DNA from: Alloascoidea hylecoeti
Lineage: Eukaryota
NCBI GenBank assembly: GCA_001600815.1
Contig: BCKZ01000007.1
Location: 620,001 to 684,000 of the forward strand
Direction: 5' to 3'
Length of the DNA: 64,000 bases
Shown: piece by piece, positions 22,345 to 33,093 of the stretch
Layout: each line of letters begins with the position of its first letter
How positions within the stretch are numbered: position 1 is the first letter of the stretch
Made by a program: the position numbers and the translations under genes
The notes under the pieces: generated by a model
Databases searched by the model: none
Seen by the model: only the letters and a program-made list of their open reading frames with translations
What the model was told of the DNA's origin: nothing

Positions 22345-23311
22345 TTAGTTTTTAATATCAAGGTCTAAATGTAATTGTACACAAAGTTTGTTTCGTCGAC
22401 ATGCAGCTGTATTTTGATGTCTCTACAAATAAATAGAAATAAATCCATATTGTTAGTAACGGCATTTCCTAAATTATATAGTACACCCTATATGGATGAG
22501 CATTAGTGCATATAATCAGAGTAATATTTCAACGTACCTTTAAAGCATCTTTCCTTGAAAATCTCTTTGTACAATCAGGGCAAGAGTATGGGGGTGTTTT
22601 TAAATGAGTTTTACAATGCCTTTGTAAATCATGATTACGTCTGAAAGACAAGTGACAGTGAGGGCATTTATAATTTCTGAGGCTCTGCTTGTTATTTGGT
22701 TGAAATATGGCCTCAATTTTGGGTATGAGAATAGAATTATCTAGACATGAATTCGATTGTATGTTATAATGATTAAATGCTGATGTATTTTTAGTTGGGG
22801 AGATGTCTAAAGAAACGTTATTTAAAGCTTCTGGGCATATTGATAGTGAATTTTCTTGAGATGGTTGATATGTATGAGTTTTACAATTTGGCTGAATTGG
22901 GATATAAGTCGATTCTTTATGCTGTTCTATGTCTATATCTAGTGTTGTGCAGGGGGGGTTTGGTGACGGATATGGCAAATTATCTGGGGTTGTTGCAATT
23001 GTATGGGTTCCATATTTCAATATTTGTGGGGTGGAATTTGAATCGATTGAATGATAATGAGACTTAAATGACTTAAATTTCTTTTTGATATCAGGGATAG
23101 TATTAACGGAACTATACTCAGATTCACTAGTCAATGCATGTAAATGCAATTCCTCAGGTCCATCGATATCAAGAGTATCAACAACGATTTGATCGGTTCC
23201 TAGGGACCCAGATATAAGTGTTAATGCTTCTGATTTATCCACAGTGGCAGCAGAGCGGTTGTATTCAAAAGGGAGAATGAATATGTCTTCTTCATTATAT
23301 TCATTTGCCAT
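22345..23311 (-). CDS. Two-finger C2H2 zinc-finger transcription factor; exons 23311-22538 and 22422-22345
   Basis: CPHC..FRRNHDLQRHCKTH and CPDC..FSRKDALK|RHQNTAAC. The second finger is completed by removing intron 22537-22423 (GTACGT, TACTAAC, TAG). Confidence 0.85.
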
Positions 23312-24223
23312 TTATGTTAAAGTTGGAGTATAGAGTCTGTTTTCAGCTCCAAACAAAGTTGCAATATATTAGTTATACTTCTTTCCCCTTCAAATCCTGC
23401 TTCACGTTTAAAATTTCAAACTTGTTCTAATTTCAAACTTCTAATTCGCAATATTAGAGTGTATCTTTCATCAAAATAACTCCCCACAATATATTTGTAA
23501 ATATATCTTTGTTATTATGAGTAACTTAAACTTTTGAATATGACTAAAGAGGTAGGTGTAAGTTATATTTGTGACTTAATTTTGTAGCTATGGAAAAATA
23601 AGACAATTACAAATTTAAACAACTTACGCTGTCAAGAAGTAGTTTTGTTCTTTGACCAATGAATGGTAATTGCAATGGTTATTCTTAATGAATTATACCT
23701 GTATTCTCAAAAACACTATACCTACTAGTTAATAATTCATATATGACATTGCACCACTTCACGTGAAAATTCATGAATAATCGTCCTATATATCAATCCT
23801 CTGGATTTAGGAAAATGTGTAAGCTGAGGCCTCGATTTAAGCAAATATGAAAATGTGTTTGCTACTGCTTAAAGTTGCAATTATATGTGACATCACAACG
23901 TTTACAACTGCAGGAACAGCTACGGATCATTTAAATGGACATATTTAACATCTGTCTCGTTTAATGATACAATATTACAGATGTTGTACGATATGACGAC
24001 TAAAAAAATTTCGTATTTTAATGTAAAAGTCAGATTAACATTAGCTATAGCCAATGCTATTTGAGTGATCATAATAATATATTGTTATACATAATTAAGT
24101 ATAAATGTACGCGTTTGTACTTCATATTAAAGAAAACATAAAATAACCCTAAGCAAAAGTAAAACAAATACAGTAACTTTGTAAAGAGAACTAACTAAAC
24201 TTCCCCTTTTCCAATTTTAAAAA

Positions 24224-25153
24224 TTAAACAGCACGGACTTTTCTTTCTAGAGGTCTTGAAATTTCATCTTTGAAGTCGTCAGGATCAATATCAAGATCTC
24301 TTTTTCTTTTTTCCTTTATTAAATCAGCCAAATTATCAATTGTTTTTTTAGTAATTAATGAATTCCATTCATCATATTCATATGGTTGAACATAACAATT
24401 CCAATTTAATGCTTTAAATAATAAAATCTCATTCTTAATTAATTCATTTTTTGAAAGACCAGATACTTTACACCAAGCATGCAAAGGTATTCTTATATCT
24501 TGTAAATTTTTTGTAGCTAATATTATCGATGAAACAAATAACTTTTTACAATCAATATAATTTTTTTTAATAAAATCTTCATCTTTATTTTCCTTTAATA
24601 ATGAAATATAATATAATGATAATTGTAATGTATGAACAGATGCTCTTGATCTTTTTAATAATTCTTTTATAAAATAAGAAAACTTTAAATGATTTAACGA
24701 CAACTCTGGCCATATCTCTTCCATCATATTTGTTGATACTTCAACTAATGATAACATAAAAATAGATCTTATCTTAGGAGTTTTCAAGATTACCTCTGAA
24801 ATATGACTAGATCGTAATTTGATATTATCAATTCCTTTGCTGTTTAAACTATCTAAATCGGCGCTATTGTTTGCACCATCATTATTATCGTTATTAACGA
24901 CATTGTCATCAACCGCGTCATTTGTATCATTAATAATCGGTGAATATTCTAAATTTGGAGGGCTATCATCATATGCTTCACTCTCACACTCACTGCCATT
25001 TTCAATTCCTTTAGAATTCATGTCTAAAGCACAATGTTTTAAAGCAACTACTGGTTGATTTTGTAATGTTAAATCTAAATTTGAATTCTGATTTTTTAAA
25101 TTAAATAGTTCGTCAAAGTTCTCCTCTTCAGTTACTACATTTGCCTCAATCAT
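24224..25153 (-). CDS. Pho85-type cyclin (Pcl5/Clg1-like)
   Basis: Cyclin box FIKELLKRSRASVHTLQLSLYYI...LFVSSIILATKNLQD...WCKVSGL...E..L...LNW. Confidence 0.8.
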   Translation of the reverse strand: MIEANVVTEEENFDELFNLKNQNSNLDLTLQNQPVVALKHCALDMNSKGIENGSECESEAYDDSPPNLEYSPIINDTNDAVDDNVVNNDNNDGANNSADLDSLNSKGIDNIKLRSSHISEVILKTPKIRSIFMLSLVEVSTNMMEEIWPELSLNHLKFSYFIKELLKRSRASVHTLQLSLYYISLLKENKDEDFIKKNYIDCKKLFVSSIILATKNLQDIRIPLHAWCKVSGLSKNELIKNEILLFKALNWNCYVQPYEYDEWNSLITKKTIDNLADLIKEKRKRDLDIDPDDFKDEISRPLERKVRAV

Positions 25154-25368
25154 TATTTTTTAAACTGGACCAAGAAATATAGAGAGAGATAGAAGTTTAT
25201 ATTATGAGTGTTATGCTTCTTTTTTTTGATGTGTCGAGTATAGTAGTTGAAGATTATTATATAATTATATTCTTTAATTTAATTTAATTTGTTTTGATTT
25301 TAATTTGTTTAATTGTAATTTGTTTAATTTTAATTTATTGTTATCTGTTTTTTGTTATTTTTCTATCG

Positions 25369-25416
25369 TTAAAATATATCTTTCAAACTGATAGAATGTA
25401 ATTTCCCCATTAACAT
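25369..25416 (-). promoter_or_regulatory. Candidate uORF (MLMGKLHSISLKDIF*) in the cyclin leader
   Basis: Two in-frame ATGs (25416, 25410); I saw no other minus-strand ATG in ~25154-25850. Confidence 0.4.
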
Positions 25417-25989
25417 TTCGATTCTACAAACAAACGAAGAGAAAAAAAAAAAAGAATCGAATTTATCGCTTTACAACCAATTAATATAAAGAAATAAAAA
25501 AAGATTGAGATATTGTATTATTTTCTTCAGTGGCTTATTTTGTAACTGAGTTTGAATGACTTTTTGGTGTAATATAATAAAAATTTAAGATATACAATAG
25601 GCTAGAAAAACTAAATTTAACCTAATTTGTTTATAAAATAACGTGTTGAAGTTAAAGAATAAACTGCTGTTGAGAGCAAAAATATAAAGCTGTAAAAGGA
25701 GCTTTAACTGTATATAATTATTATTATTGTGATTTTGCCTTTAAACCAAGAGATATCTGACGATATGTTAAAAACACGTAATTAGCGATAATCAATTCCG
25801 TTGATACACCACTAAACTTGATCAGATTTTGCTTGATATTGATATATAAATCAGGTCAGCAAAGTTATTTGTTGAATAAAAGGAAAACAGGAAGAAATGG
25901 GAAAAAAGAGAAGATGACAGTAAAAAAAGGGAGACAAAGAGTGATAGATAAATATAATTTGATGACGGCACGTAAATTTGTAATTATAA

Positions 25990-26051
25990 TGAGTCAGAGC
26001 CGTGTATGGAAACCGGGTAACTGATACATATATTACGTAATCCTGAGTCAT
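25990..26051. promoter_or_regulatory. Two Gcn4/AP-1 sites TGAGTCA (25990-25996, 26044-26050) plus bZIP palindrome TTACGTAA (26033-26040)
   Basis: Exact motif matches in the divergent cyclin / IleRS promoter. Confidence 0.55.
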
Positions 26052-26101
26052 CATCGATTCCTTTTTGTGTCCCGAACTTTCTGAATATTTTGGTGAAGAA
26101 A

Positions 26102-29100
26102 ATGCTGAGATATTTGGCAGCAGGGCCGAATATTAAACAATCGGTATGGCATTGTGTTAGACCGACTAAGGCTCTACGTAACAATTCCGATCTAGCACAT
26201 AAATACTCAAAAACACTGAAACTTCCAATAACTGAATTTTCAAATAGAAGTAATCATGATGTGACTGTTAAAGACTATTTACCTGTAACTACTGAAAATT
26301 TATATAAATGGCAAACTGAAAAATTACCTGAAAAGTCTTTGTTTATATTTCATGATGGTCCACCATATGCAAATGGTGATCTTCATCTTGGACATGCAAT
26401 GAATAAAATCTTAAAAGATATACCTAATAGATATCAATTGTTAAAAGGTCATAGAATCTCCTATATACCAGGATGGGACTGTCATGGTTTACCAATCGAA
26501 TTGAAAGCTCTTAATGAGCTAACATTAAAAATGAAAAGTGATCCAACTCTATCATTAACAAATTTGGAAATTAGAAATATTGCAAAAAAACATGCAACCG
26601 AAACAATTCAAAAACAAATGAAAAGTTTTAAAAGTTTTGCTGTAATGGCCGATTGGGAAAATCCTTATATAACCTTGCAAAATGATTATGAAGTTAGGCA
26701 ATTAAAAGTCTTTTCAACAATGCTGAAAAATGGTCTGATATCAAGAAAAAACAAACCCGTATATTGGGGATGTGAGACTCATACTGCTTTAGCTGAAGGA
26801 GAGCTAGAATATAATGATAATCACATAAGTACCGCTGCTTATATTTCTTTTCCAATAACTAATATAAATGATGATTCGAAACAACTATTAAGTAAATCTA
26901 TTTCATCAACTGGTTTATATAATGATATTTTAAACAATTTAAAAGCTTTGATCTGGACAAGTACTCCATGGACAATTGCGAGTAATAAAGCGATTTCAAT
27001 TAATTCGAATTTAAATTATAAAATTCTACATTCAAAAAAGTTTGGTTATTTAATCATTGCTGATACATTAATTGAAAATGTTTTAAAATTAACTGAAAAT
27101 CATAAAGATGATAAATGTGAAATCTTATCTGATATTATAATCCCTGGTTCCTTACTGGTCGGTTCAAGATATAAAAATCCACTCTTCTCTTCTACTGAAC
27201 TCGGTAAAACTGAGGAGACTTTCCCAATATTAAATGCTAGCTATGTCACTTCAACAACGGGAACAGGTCTTGTACATAATGCTCCTGGACATGGAGATGA
27301 AGATTACTTTATTTGTAAACAAAACGGTATTGAACCATATTCACCTGTTGATGATTACGGACAATATACTGATAAAATACCAAAAGGTTTAGAAGACCTT
27401 ATAGGCTTAAAAGTATTAGGTGAAGGAACCAAAACAATTATAGATAAAATGTATTCAAAAGATATGCTTTTTAAATTAAATAAAAAATTTAAACATTCAT
27501 ATCCATACGATTGGAGATCCAAAAAACCAATAATTATACGTTCAACTCCACAGTGGTTTGCAGATGTTGAATCTTTAAAGAAGACTGCTACAAATGCTAT
27601 TAATAAAGTCAAATTTTACCCTGAGAAGGGTCAATCAAGATTATTGTCATTTGTTAATAATAGATCTGTATGGTGTATTTCAAGACAAAGGGCATGGGGT
27701 GTTCCAATTCCTGCTTTATATGAAAAAACCACTGGTGATCCATTATTAACCGAAGAATCTGTTGATCATATAATAAATCAAATTGAGAAATATGGTACTG
27801 ACGCTTGGTTTGAAGAAGAAGTGGATATTTCTAGATGGTTACCAAATGGTTATGAAGGTAAAGGCATAGATTATCGTAAAGGAACTGAAACAATGGATGT
27901 TTGGTTTGATAGTGGAACTAGTTGGACATTATTAAAAGAAAAATATGGTTATAAACCAGACTCAAATTATATTGCAGATGTTTATTTAGAAGGTTCTGAT
28001 CAACATCGTGGGTGGTTTCAATCATCATTATTAACAAAAATCGCAACGGAAGATTCAACAGCAAATGATTTAGATTCAATTGATGCTCCTTATAAAACGG
28101 TAATTACCCATGGATTTACATTAGATGAAAAGGGACAAAAAATGTCAAAATCTTTAGGCAATGTTATCGCACCAGATTCAATTATATTTGGCGAAAAAGG
28201 AAAATTTGGCGCTTTAGGAGTTGATGGTCTAAGACTTTGGGTTGCATCATCAGATTATACAAATGATGTAACTGTTGGTCCAACAGTCTTAAAACATGTT
28301 GGTGAAAGATTGAGAAAAATTCGTGTTACATTAAAATTTATTTTAGGTAATATCTCTGATCTAAGTAAAGAATCACTAATACCCTATGACAAAATGTTAC
28401 CTTTAGATAAATATGTTCTTTCTGGGCTTTATTCATTAATTAAAACATGTGAAAATAATTATGAAACATATAATTATAATAGAGTGGTACAAGAAATTAA
28501 TCATCATGTTACAACATCTTTATCTTCATCTTATTTCGATATAATCAAGGATAGACTATATGCCGATGACCCATCATCTTTATCAAGATTATCAGCACAA
28601 TCATGTTTAATTTATATATTTCAAGTTTATATATCATTATTAAGTCCATTGATTCCATTAATTACTCAAGAAGCATGGAATTTTGCACCAAATTGGTTAA
28701 GAGATAATAAAGAAAGTCCCTTCATGATTGGTTGGAAAGAATTACCCAAAATATTTAAGAATAAAGATTTAGAAAAAGAATTTGAATTAATTTGGAATAT
28801 AAAAGATGAAATTAAATTATTATTGGAACGTGCTAGAAAAGAGGATAAAAATTTAAAAAATTCATTGGAATCATCTGTCTATTTGGATATAAAAGATTCT
28901 TCACTTTCAAATAATAGCTTGTCAACAAACTCAATATTAACCAAATATTCTGAATATTTGGCTGATTATTTCTTATGCTCACAAGTTTATATTAATGATA
29001 AAGAAGCGCTGTTAAATGGCCAAGGACTATGGAAGTATGAAAAAGAAATCGTCAATAAAGATAATGGAGATACGATTACAATTTCAATTGTTCCATCAGG

Positions 29101-29200
29101 AATGTGTAAATGTCCAAGATGTTGGAAATTTACTTCGAAATCCGAAGAAGACCTATGTAATAGATGTGATGATGTTGTAAACCATCATCACCACAATTAG
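26102..29200 (+). CDS. ISM1: Mitochondrial isoleucyl-tRNA synthetase
   Basis: DGPPYANGDLHLGH (HIGH), GWDCHGLP, WCISRQR, KMSKS, C-terminal CPRC..CNRC zinc site. Basic presequence from ATG 26102. Confidence 0.93.
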   Translation: MLRYLAAGPNIKQSVWHCVRPTKALRNNSDLAHKYSKTLKLPITEFSNRSNHDVTVKDYLPVTTENLYKWQTEKLPEKSLFIFHDGPPYANGDLHLGHAMNKILKDIPNRYQLLKGHRISYIPGWDCHGLPIELKALNELTLKMKSDPTLSLTNLEIRNIAKKHATETIQKQMKSFKSFAVMADWENPYITLQNDYEVRQLKVFSTMLKNGLISRKNKPVYWGCETHTALAEGELEYNDNHISTAAYISFPITNINDDSKQLLSKSISSTGLYNDILNNLKALIWTSTPWTIASNKAISINSNLNYKILHSKKFGYLIIADTLIENVLKLTENHKDDKCEILSDIIIPGSLLVGSRYKNPLFSSTELGKTEETFPILNASYVTSTTGTGLVHNAPGHGDEDYFICKQNGIEPYSPVDDYGQYTDKIPKGLEDLIGLKVLGEGTKTIIDKMYSKDMLFKLNKKFKHSYPYDWRSKKPIIIRSTPQWFADVESLKKTATNAINKVKFYPEKGQSRLLSFVNNRSVWCISRQRAWGVPIPALYEKTTGDPLLTEESVDHIINQIEKYGTDAWFEEEVDISRWLPNGYEGKGIDYRKGTETMDVWFDSGTSWTLLKEKYGYKPDSNYIADVYLEGSDQHRGWFQSSLLTKIATEDSTANDLDSIDAPYKTVITHGFTLDEKGQKMSKSLGNVIAPDSIIFGEKGKFGALGVDGLRLWVASSDYTNDVTVGPTVLKHVGERLRKIRVTLKFILGNISDLSKESLIPYDKMLPLDKYVLSGLYSLIKTCENNYETYNYNRVVQEINHHVTTSLSSSYFDIIKDRLYADDPSSLSRLSAQSCLIYIFQVYISLLSPLIPLITQEAWNFAPNWLRDNKESPFMIGWKELPKIFKNKDLEKEFELIWNIKDEIKLLLERARKEDKNLKNSLESSVYLDIKDSSLSNNSLSTNSILTKYSEYLADYFLCSQVYINDKEALLNGQGLWKYEKEIVNKDNGDTITISIVPSGMCKCPRCWKFTSKSEEDLCNRCDDVVNHHHHN

Positions 29201-30470
29201 AAATTATGTTACAATATTGATCAAAAACTATATGATGGAGATGCACAAGTGTAAATAGTTCCATATATGATTATGATATTAATACTGTATATAGCAACAT
29301 CAAACCTTTTCTTATACTTACCTCCATATTTTTGTGATTAGAAAACTGTATCCCCTTGTTCTTATAATCTATTTCGCAGATGGTTTGATTATTTAGTGCT
29401 TCCACTGAATTTTGGCCACACTAATGATCGTATTGTACCGAATATTTAGTTCAATATATGACAGATCATTAGTTCACCAGGCGACTGAATATATAGTGCA
29501 ACATCTAAGTGATTATTCAGAGGCTCATGTGGTCAAATGCTTTTTCCAAATAACGATTTTTGATGGTCCTTATTATCTTGAGCTTTCTCCAAGCGTCGAG
29601 CGGATTTTGTTAAAATTTAGGCAGTTAGTCCTACGTTGGTGTTTTTAGATTAGATTAGAATAGTTAAAGGTTACCGTAATTAGCCTAGAGAAAAGCTGGG
29701 AACGGTCAAGGATTGCCTTCAACTTTGGATTCAACAGAAGCTTGAATATTTAACTTAAGCTAGTTAAAAAAATAGTCTAACATTAAAATGAGTGTATTCA
29801 CACAATTTCACAGCAAAAAGTAGTCTTGTGAGACGAACACAATGGGATGATTATAATCAGTGAAATTTTAGTTCGCTACAGAATATTGTTTACTTTTACC
29901 GCACCTAGCGGTTAACATTTACAACAGTATTCGTAGAGTTTCAATAAAGATTTTAAAAATAAAACCACTGCATACCGGTATAGAATGATTGTACTCACGG
30001 ATTCGTTTGCCGCAAACGAAGCAACACTATTTATTTCTCCACTATTAAAACACTAACGCGGACTATGCACAGATTTATCTCTATATTTGTTAAAAGGTTC
30101 AAACCGTCAAATTTTAGGGTAAGTAAAAGCTCTTGCAATTGGCTCTGTGCAACAGATTTCCACCTTAAGTCAACAATTGCACTTAATCATTAATATTTAT
30201 TGAAGCTACTAAACTTAATTAAGTCGAAGCTGTCAATCCAAAGTTATAATTATAACATAACACCAGTATTAAAAAATCAACTAATTATATATATATAAGC
30301 CATACATGTCAAAAGGGTCATTAATGTATCCAAACTTAACAAAAGGGAGGGAACATTAAATATAAAATGAAAAGGAAAAAAAGGTGTCAGAAATTATATC
30401 GTACAAGCAGCTAGAGGTATCTCATCGTCCGATCATCGATATCCCTTTCAATTGTTTACGAGTTGATACC

Positions 30471-32834
30471 TCATGATTTTATTGATATTGTGTTTTCAGC
30501 TGATGTTTTTCCATTTAGTGTTGGAATAACTGACTCATTTGTACTGTATTTACTTTTACTACCGATAGAATCGGGTGCATCCGACTGTGTTTCTGTATTC
30601 ATATCTGCATTCGAAAACAGATCCTCTGGCGGTTCTGATTCACGTTGTTTCAGCATCTGTAGCTCCAATTCTCTCTTATCATCCGTTACTATGATTGGAA
30701 TATTACCATTACCTTTACTGCTTCCTTCCCCATTTGGAGGTTCAATTGGCACTTCATAGGCTGGCACGTAGTCATTTCCAATCTGCTCTCCGTATAAATC
30801 ATATGGATCTTGTTCCATTTGTTGTAAATGTTGTTGTTCGAGTTCTAATTTGTCAGGATGTGGGTTCGGCGTACTATCATTATTTGTATCATTTACATTC
30901 GGTATCCGGGTTGTTGGCCCGTGAGATGATTGTGGAGTAAGATAGCCATCAATATATGAATCTGACGGCGGAGGAAACATTGAATGTGATACTAATGATG
31001 ATGCCGAGGGCGCATTCGGCGTTAAATCATTGATTGGCACATTGTAGTCTGGCTGTGAGGGAAGTAAGGCCTGTTCATGTCTTCTTATTAGTTCTTTTTC
31101 ATCTGTAACCTCATTTGGAGAAGCAGATAAGGGATTTAGTTGTAATGGGATTGTAGGGGGCATCTCTGATGGTGATCGAGAATAGTAAGAATTTAAATTA
31201 TTATAATGACGAGATCCATATAACATATTGTATTGTAAAGGAGAGGGTGGTAATGATGATGGGCTGTGAGAATTCCGTATTTCCATAGATGCTGATTCAT
31301 GAGAATGTGTTTTTGTGATAGGGGGCTTTGACCTAACAGTTCCTACAATTATCTCAGCCCCAATACTAACAATTTGTTTATGCCGTTTTAATTTATCGAT
31401 ATCAATTAATGCTAAATCATTTATTGAGCCATTCCCCGTTGTGTTGAATCCAGCAGCTATCAAATCACCTGTACTTATTATGCTATTTATGTTAACTTCA
31501 CCGGATAGGTCAATTACCACATCAATCCAGTATCTGAAAGATACGAGATTGTTACCGGTTATTGTTGGAAATGCATCTGTAGGTATTTTAACTTTTGTAT
31601 TTATCATCGCTGTCATAGTAGATGGATCAATGTATAATGGTGAAACCGATTGAGATAAATCCTTCCTAAAAGATTGAAATGAGTTTAATACATTCGAGTC
31701 TTTATCTTTATCCTTATCACTATTATCAGAATTACTATTAGATTCTCTTTCTTTAGATTTTAATTTTCTTTTACCTTGAGAATCACCAGATTCATAACCA
31801 TCGCTTATCCGTTCATCTGAACTTCTGTGTTGAGATTGTGGAGGAGATTGCTTAGATACTCTACATATCCGAGAAAGTGTTGTGACTATTCCAGATAGAG
31901 ATCTGATTGGCTTTAAATGAGAAATAATAAGTTGAACATGAACGATCTCTCCTGGTAGGTAGCCCATTTGTGGCACATTCATAATTACTTTTATAATTCC
32001 AAATTCATCAGAGTTGTTAGAATGTACGATTTCTTGTGAAGAGGCAGAAGATAATGTGTCTTCATCACGAGTTTCTCGATCTCGTTTCTTCTTTTTCGTC
32101 AATGGTACTTGAACTTTTAAGATTTTTGAAGGTGGCTTATGAAGTTTTGCTACATCAAGTGGACAGATAACATCAAAGCCACGTTCACATATTGTTGAGG
32201 ATTTAGTAATGTTTGAGTTGTTATCTAAGATTGATTGTGAAGATGATCGTATCATATATGATTTGGAGTTATTTGTAGATTTCTTCCGTCGTCGTCTTCT
32301 GAATATTCCTTTTAATGAGTAAGTTATTGAGCCTCGTTCAAATTCTAAGCTTGTATGCAGTCCTTCTGAAGGCAGACGTATCTGAAAAGGAAACCGATGT
32401 TCGCCTTTATCTAAAGCCTGCGAACCTATTTCTGTATTTTGGTATCCATAAATATGTAAACATTGATCTAATAGTGTCGAAGTTTTCACTCCTCCCGTTG
32501 CTCCGCTTCGTACTGTTATTTCGCCTTTTAATATTAAATCAATAGTGCATTCGGGAGCCTCACCCTCGGCCTCAGATGCAGCAGAATTCACTCTTGGAAT
32601 ATTGTCCGAGCTGTGTGATTTGGCAGAAGGCAGAACAGGAGAGCAGTGCTGCTTTTTTTCCAGTGTCAGTACTATTTCACCCGAGATGCGATCACCAGGA
32701 GCCCATGTTCTGTGTGGCTCGTTGAGGGTGATATAGAAATCGGAGACCGGGCCCTCAAATTTGGAGGTGATGGAGGAAGCAGAAAGCGAAGAGAATCGTC
32801 TTCGTGAAATCAGCCTGGAGACTGCTTTCTTCAT
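30471..32834 (-). CDS. RIM8: Arrestin-like pH-response protein Rim8/PalF
   Basis: Arrestin folds (GEHRFPF, SLEFERGSITY, GYLPGE), FRKDLSQSVSPLYIDP, repeated DK.EL motifs, YVPAY near the C-terminus. Confidence 0.85.
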   Translation of the reverse strand: MKKAVSRLISRRRFSSLSASSITSKFEGPVSDFYITLNEPHRTWAPGDRISGEIVLTLEKKQHCSPVLPSAKSHSSDNIPRVNSAASEAEGEAPECTIDLILKGEITVRSGATGGVKTSTLLDQCLHIYGYQNTEIGSQALDKGEHRFPFQIRLPSEGLHTSLEFERGSITYSLKGIFRRRRRKKSTNNSKSYMIRSSSQSILDNNSNITKSSTICERGFDVICPLDVAKLHKPPSKILKVQVPLTKKKKRDRETRDEDTLSSASSQEIVHSNNSDEFGIIKVIMNVPQMGYLPGEIVHVQLIISHLKPIRSLSGIVTTLSRICRVSKQSPPQSQHRSSDERISDGYESGDSQGKRKLKSKERESNSNSDNSDKDKDKDSNVLNSFQSFRKDLSQSVSPLYIDPSTMTAMINTKVKIPTDAFPTITGNNLVSFRYWIDVVIDLSGEVNINSIISTGDLIAAGFNTTGNGSINDLALIDIDKLKRHKQIVSIGAEIIVGTVRSKPPITKTHSHESASMEIRNSHSPSSLPPSPLQYNMLYGSRHYNNLNSYYSRSPSEMPPTIPLQLNPLSASPNEVTDEKELIRRHEQALLPSQPDYNVPINDLTPNAPSASSLVSHSMFPPPSDSYIDGYLTPQSSHGPTTRIPNVNDTNNDSTPNPHPDKLELEQQHLQQMEQDPYDLYGEQIGNDYVPAYEVPIEPPNGEGSSKGNGNIPIIVTDDKRELELQMLKQRESEPPEDLFSNADMNTETQSDAPDSIGSKSKYSTNESVIPTLNGKTSAENTISIKS

Positions 32835-33093
32835 GAAAAGAGCTCACGGAGGACAAAACTGAGGTCAGTAGTTGACGGTCAAAAGATATACGTGGAAACG
32901 TCTGTGGGGCTCATTACGTGAGAAACACAAGTTGGGGGATAGATTCGGTGCATGGTGTACGGGTGTACGACATGTATGCCTGAAGCCTTGTCGCAAAACA
33001 AGACTTGCCGGCTTTCTTGGCACCAAATTTAATTTAAATGTTATTTACTATTTACTATTAATATTATACCATCGTATTAATTATATATTATCC

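Noticed and set aside
26090..26101. GTG start for IleRS (and TTG start 47496 for FKS)
   Set aside because: Eukaryotic context: an in-frame ATG at 26102 and a spliced ATG exon at 47588 explain both.
30040..30110. GGTTCAAA, tRNA B-box-like (also GGTTCG near 57695)
   Set aside because: No cloverleaf or A-box could be built; no tRNA or rRNA genes were recognised in the window.
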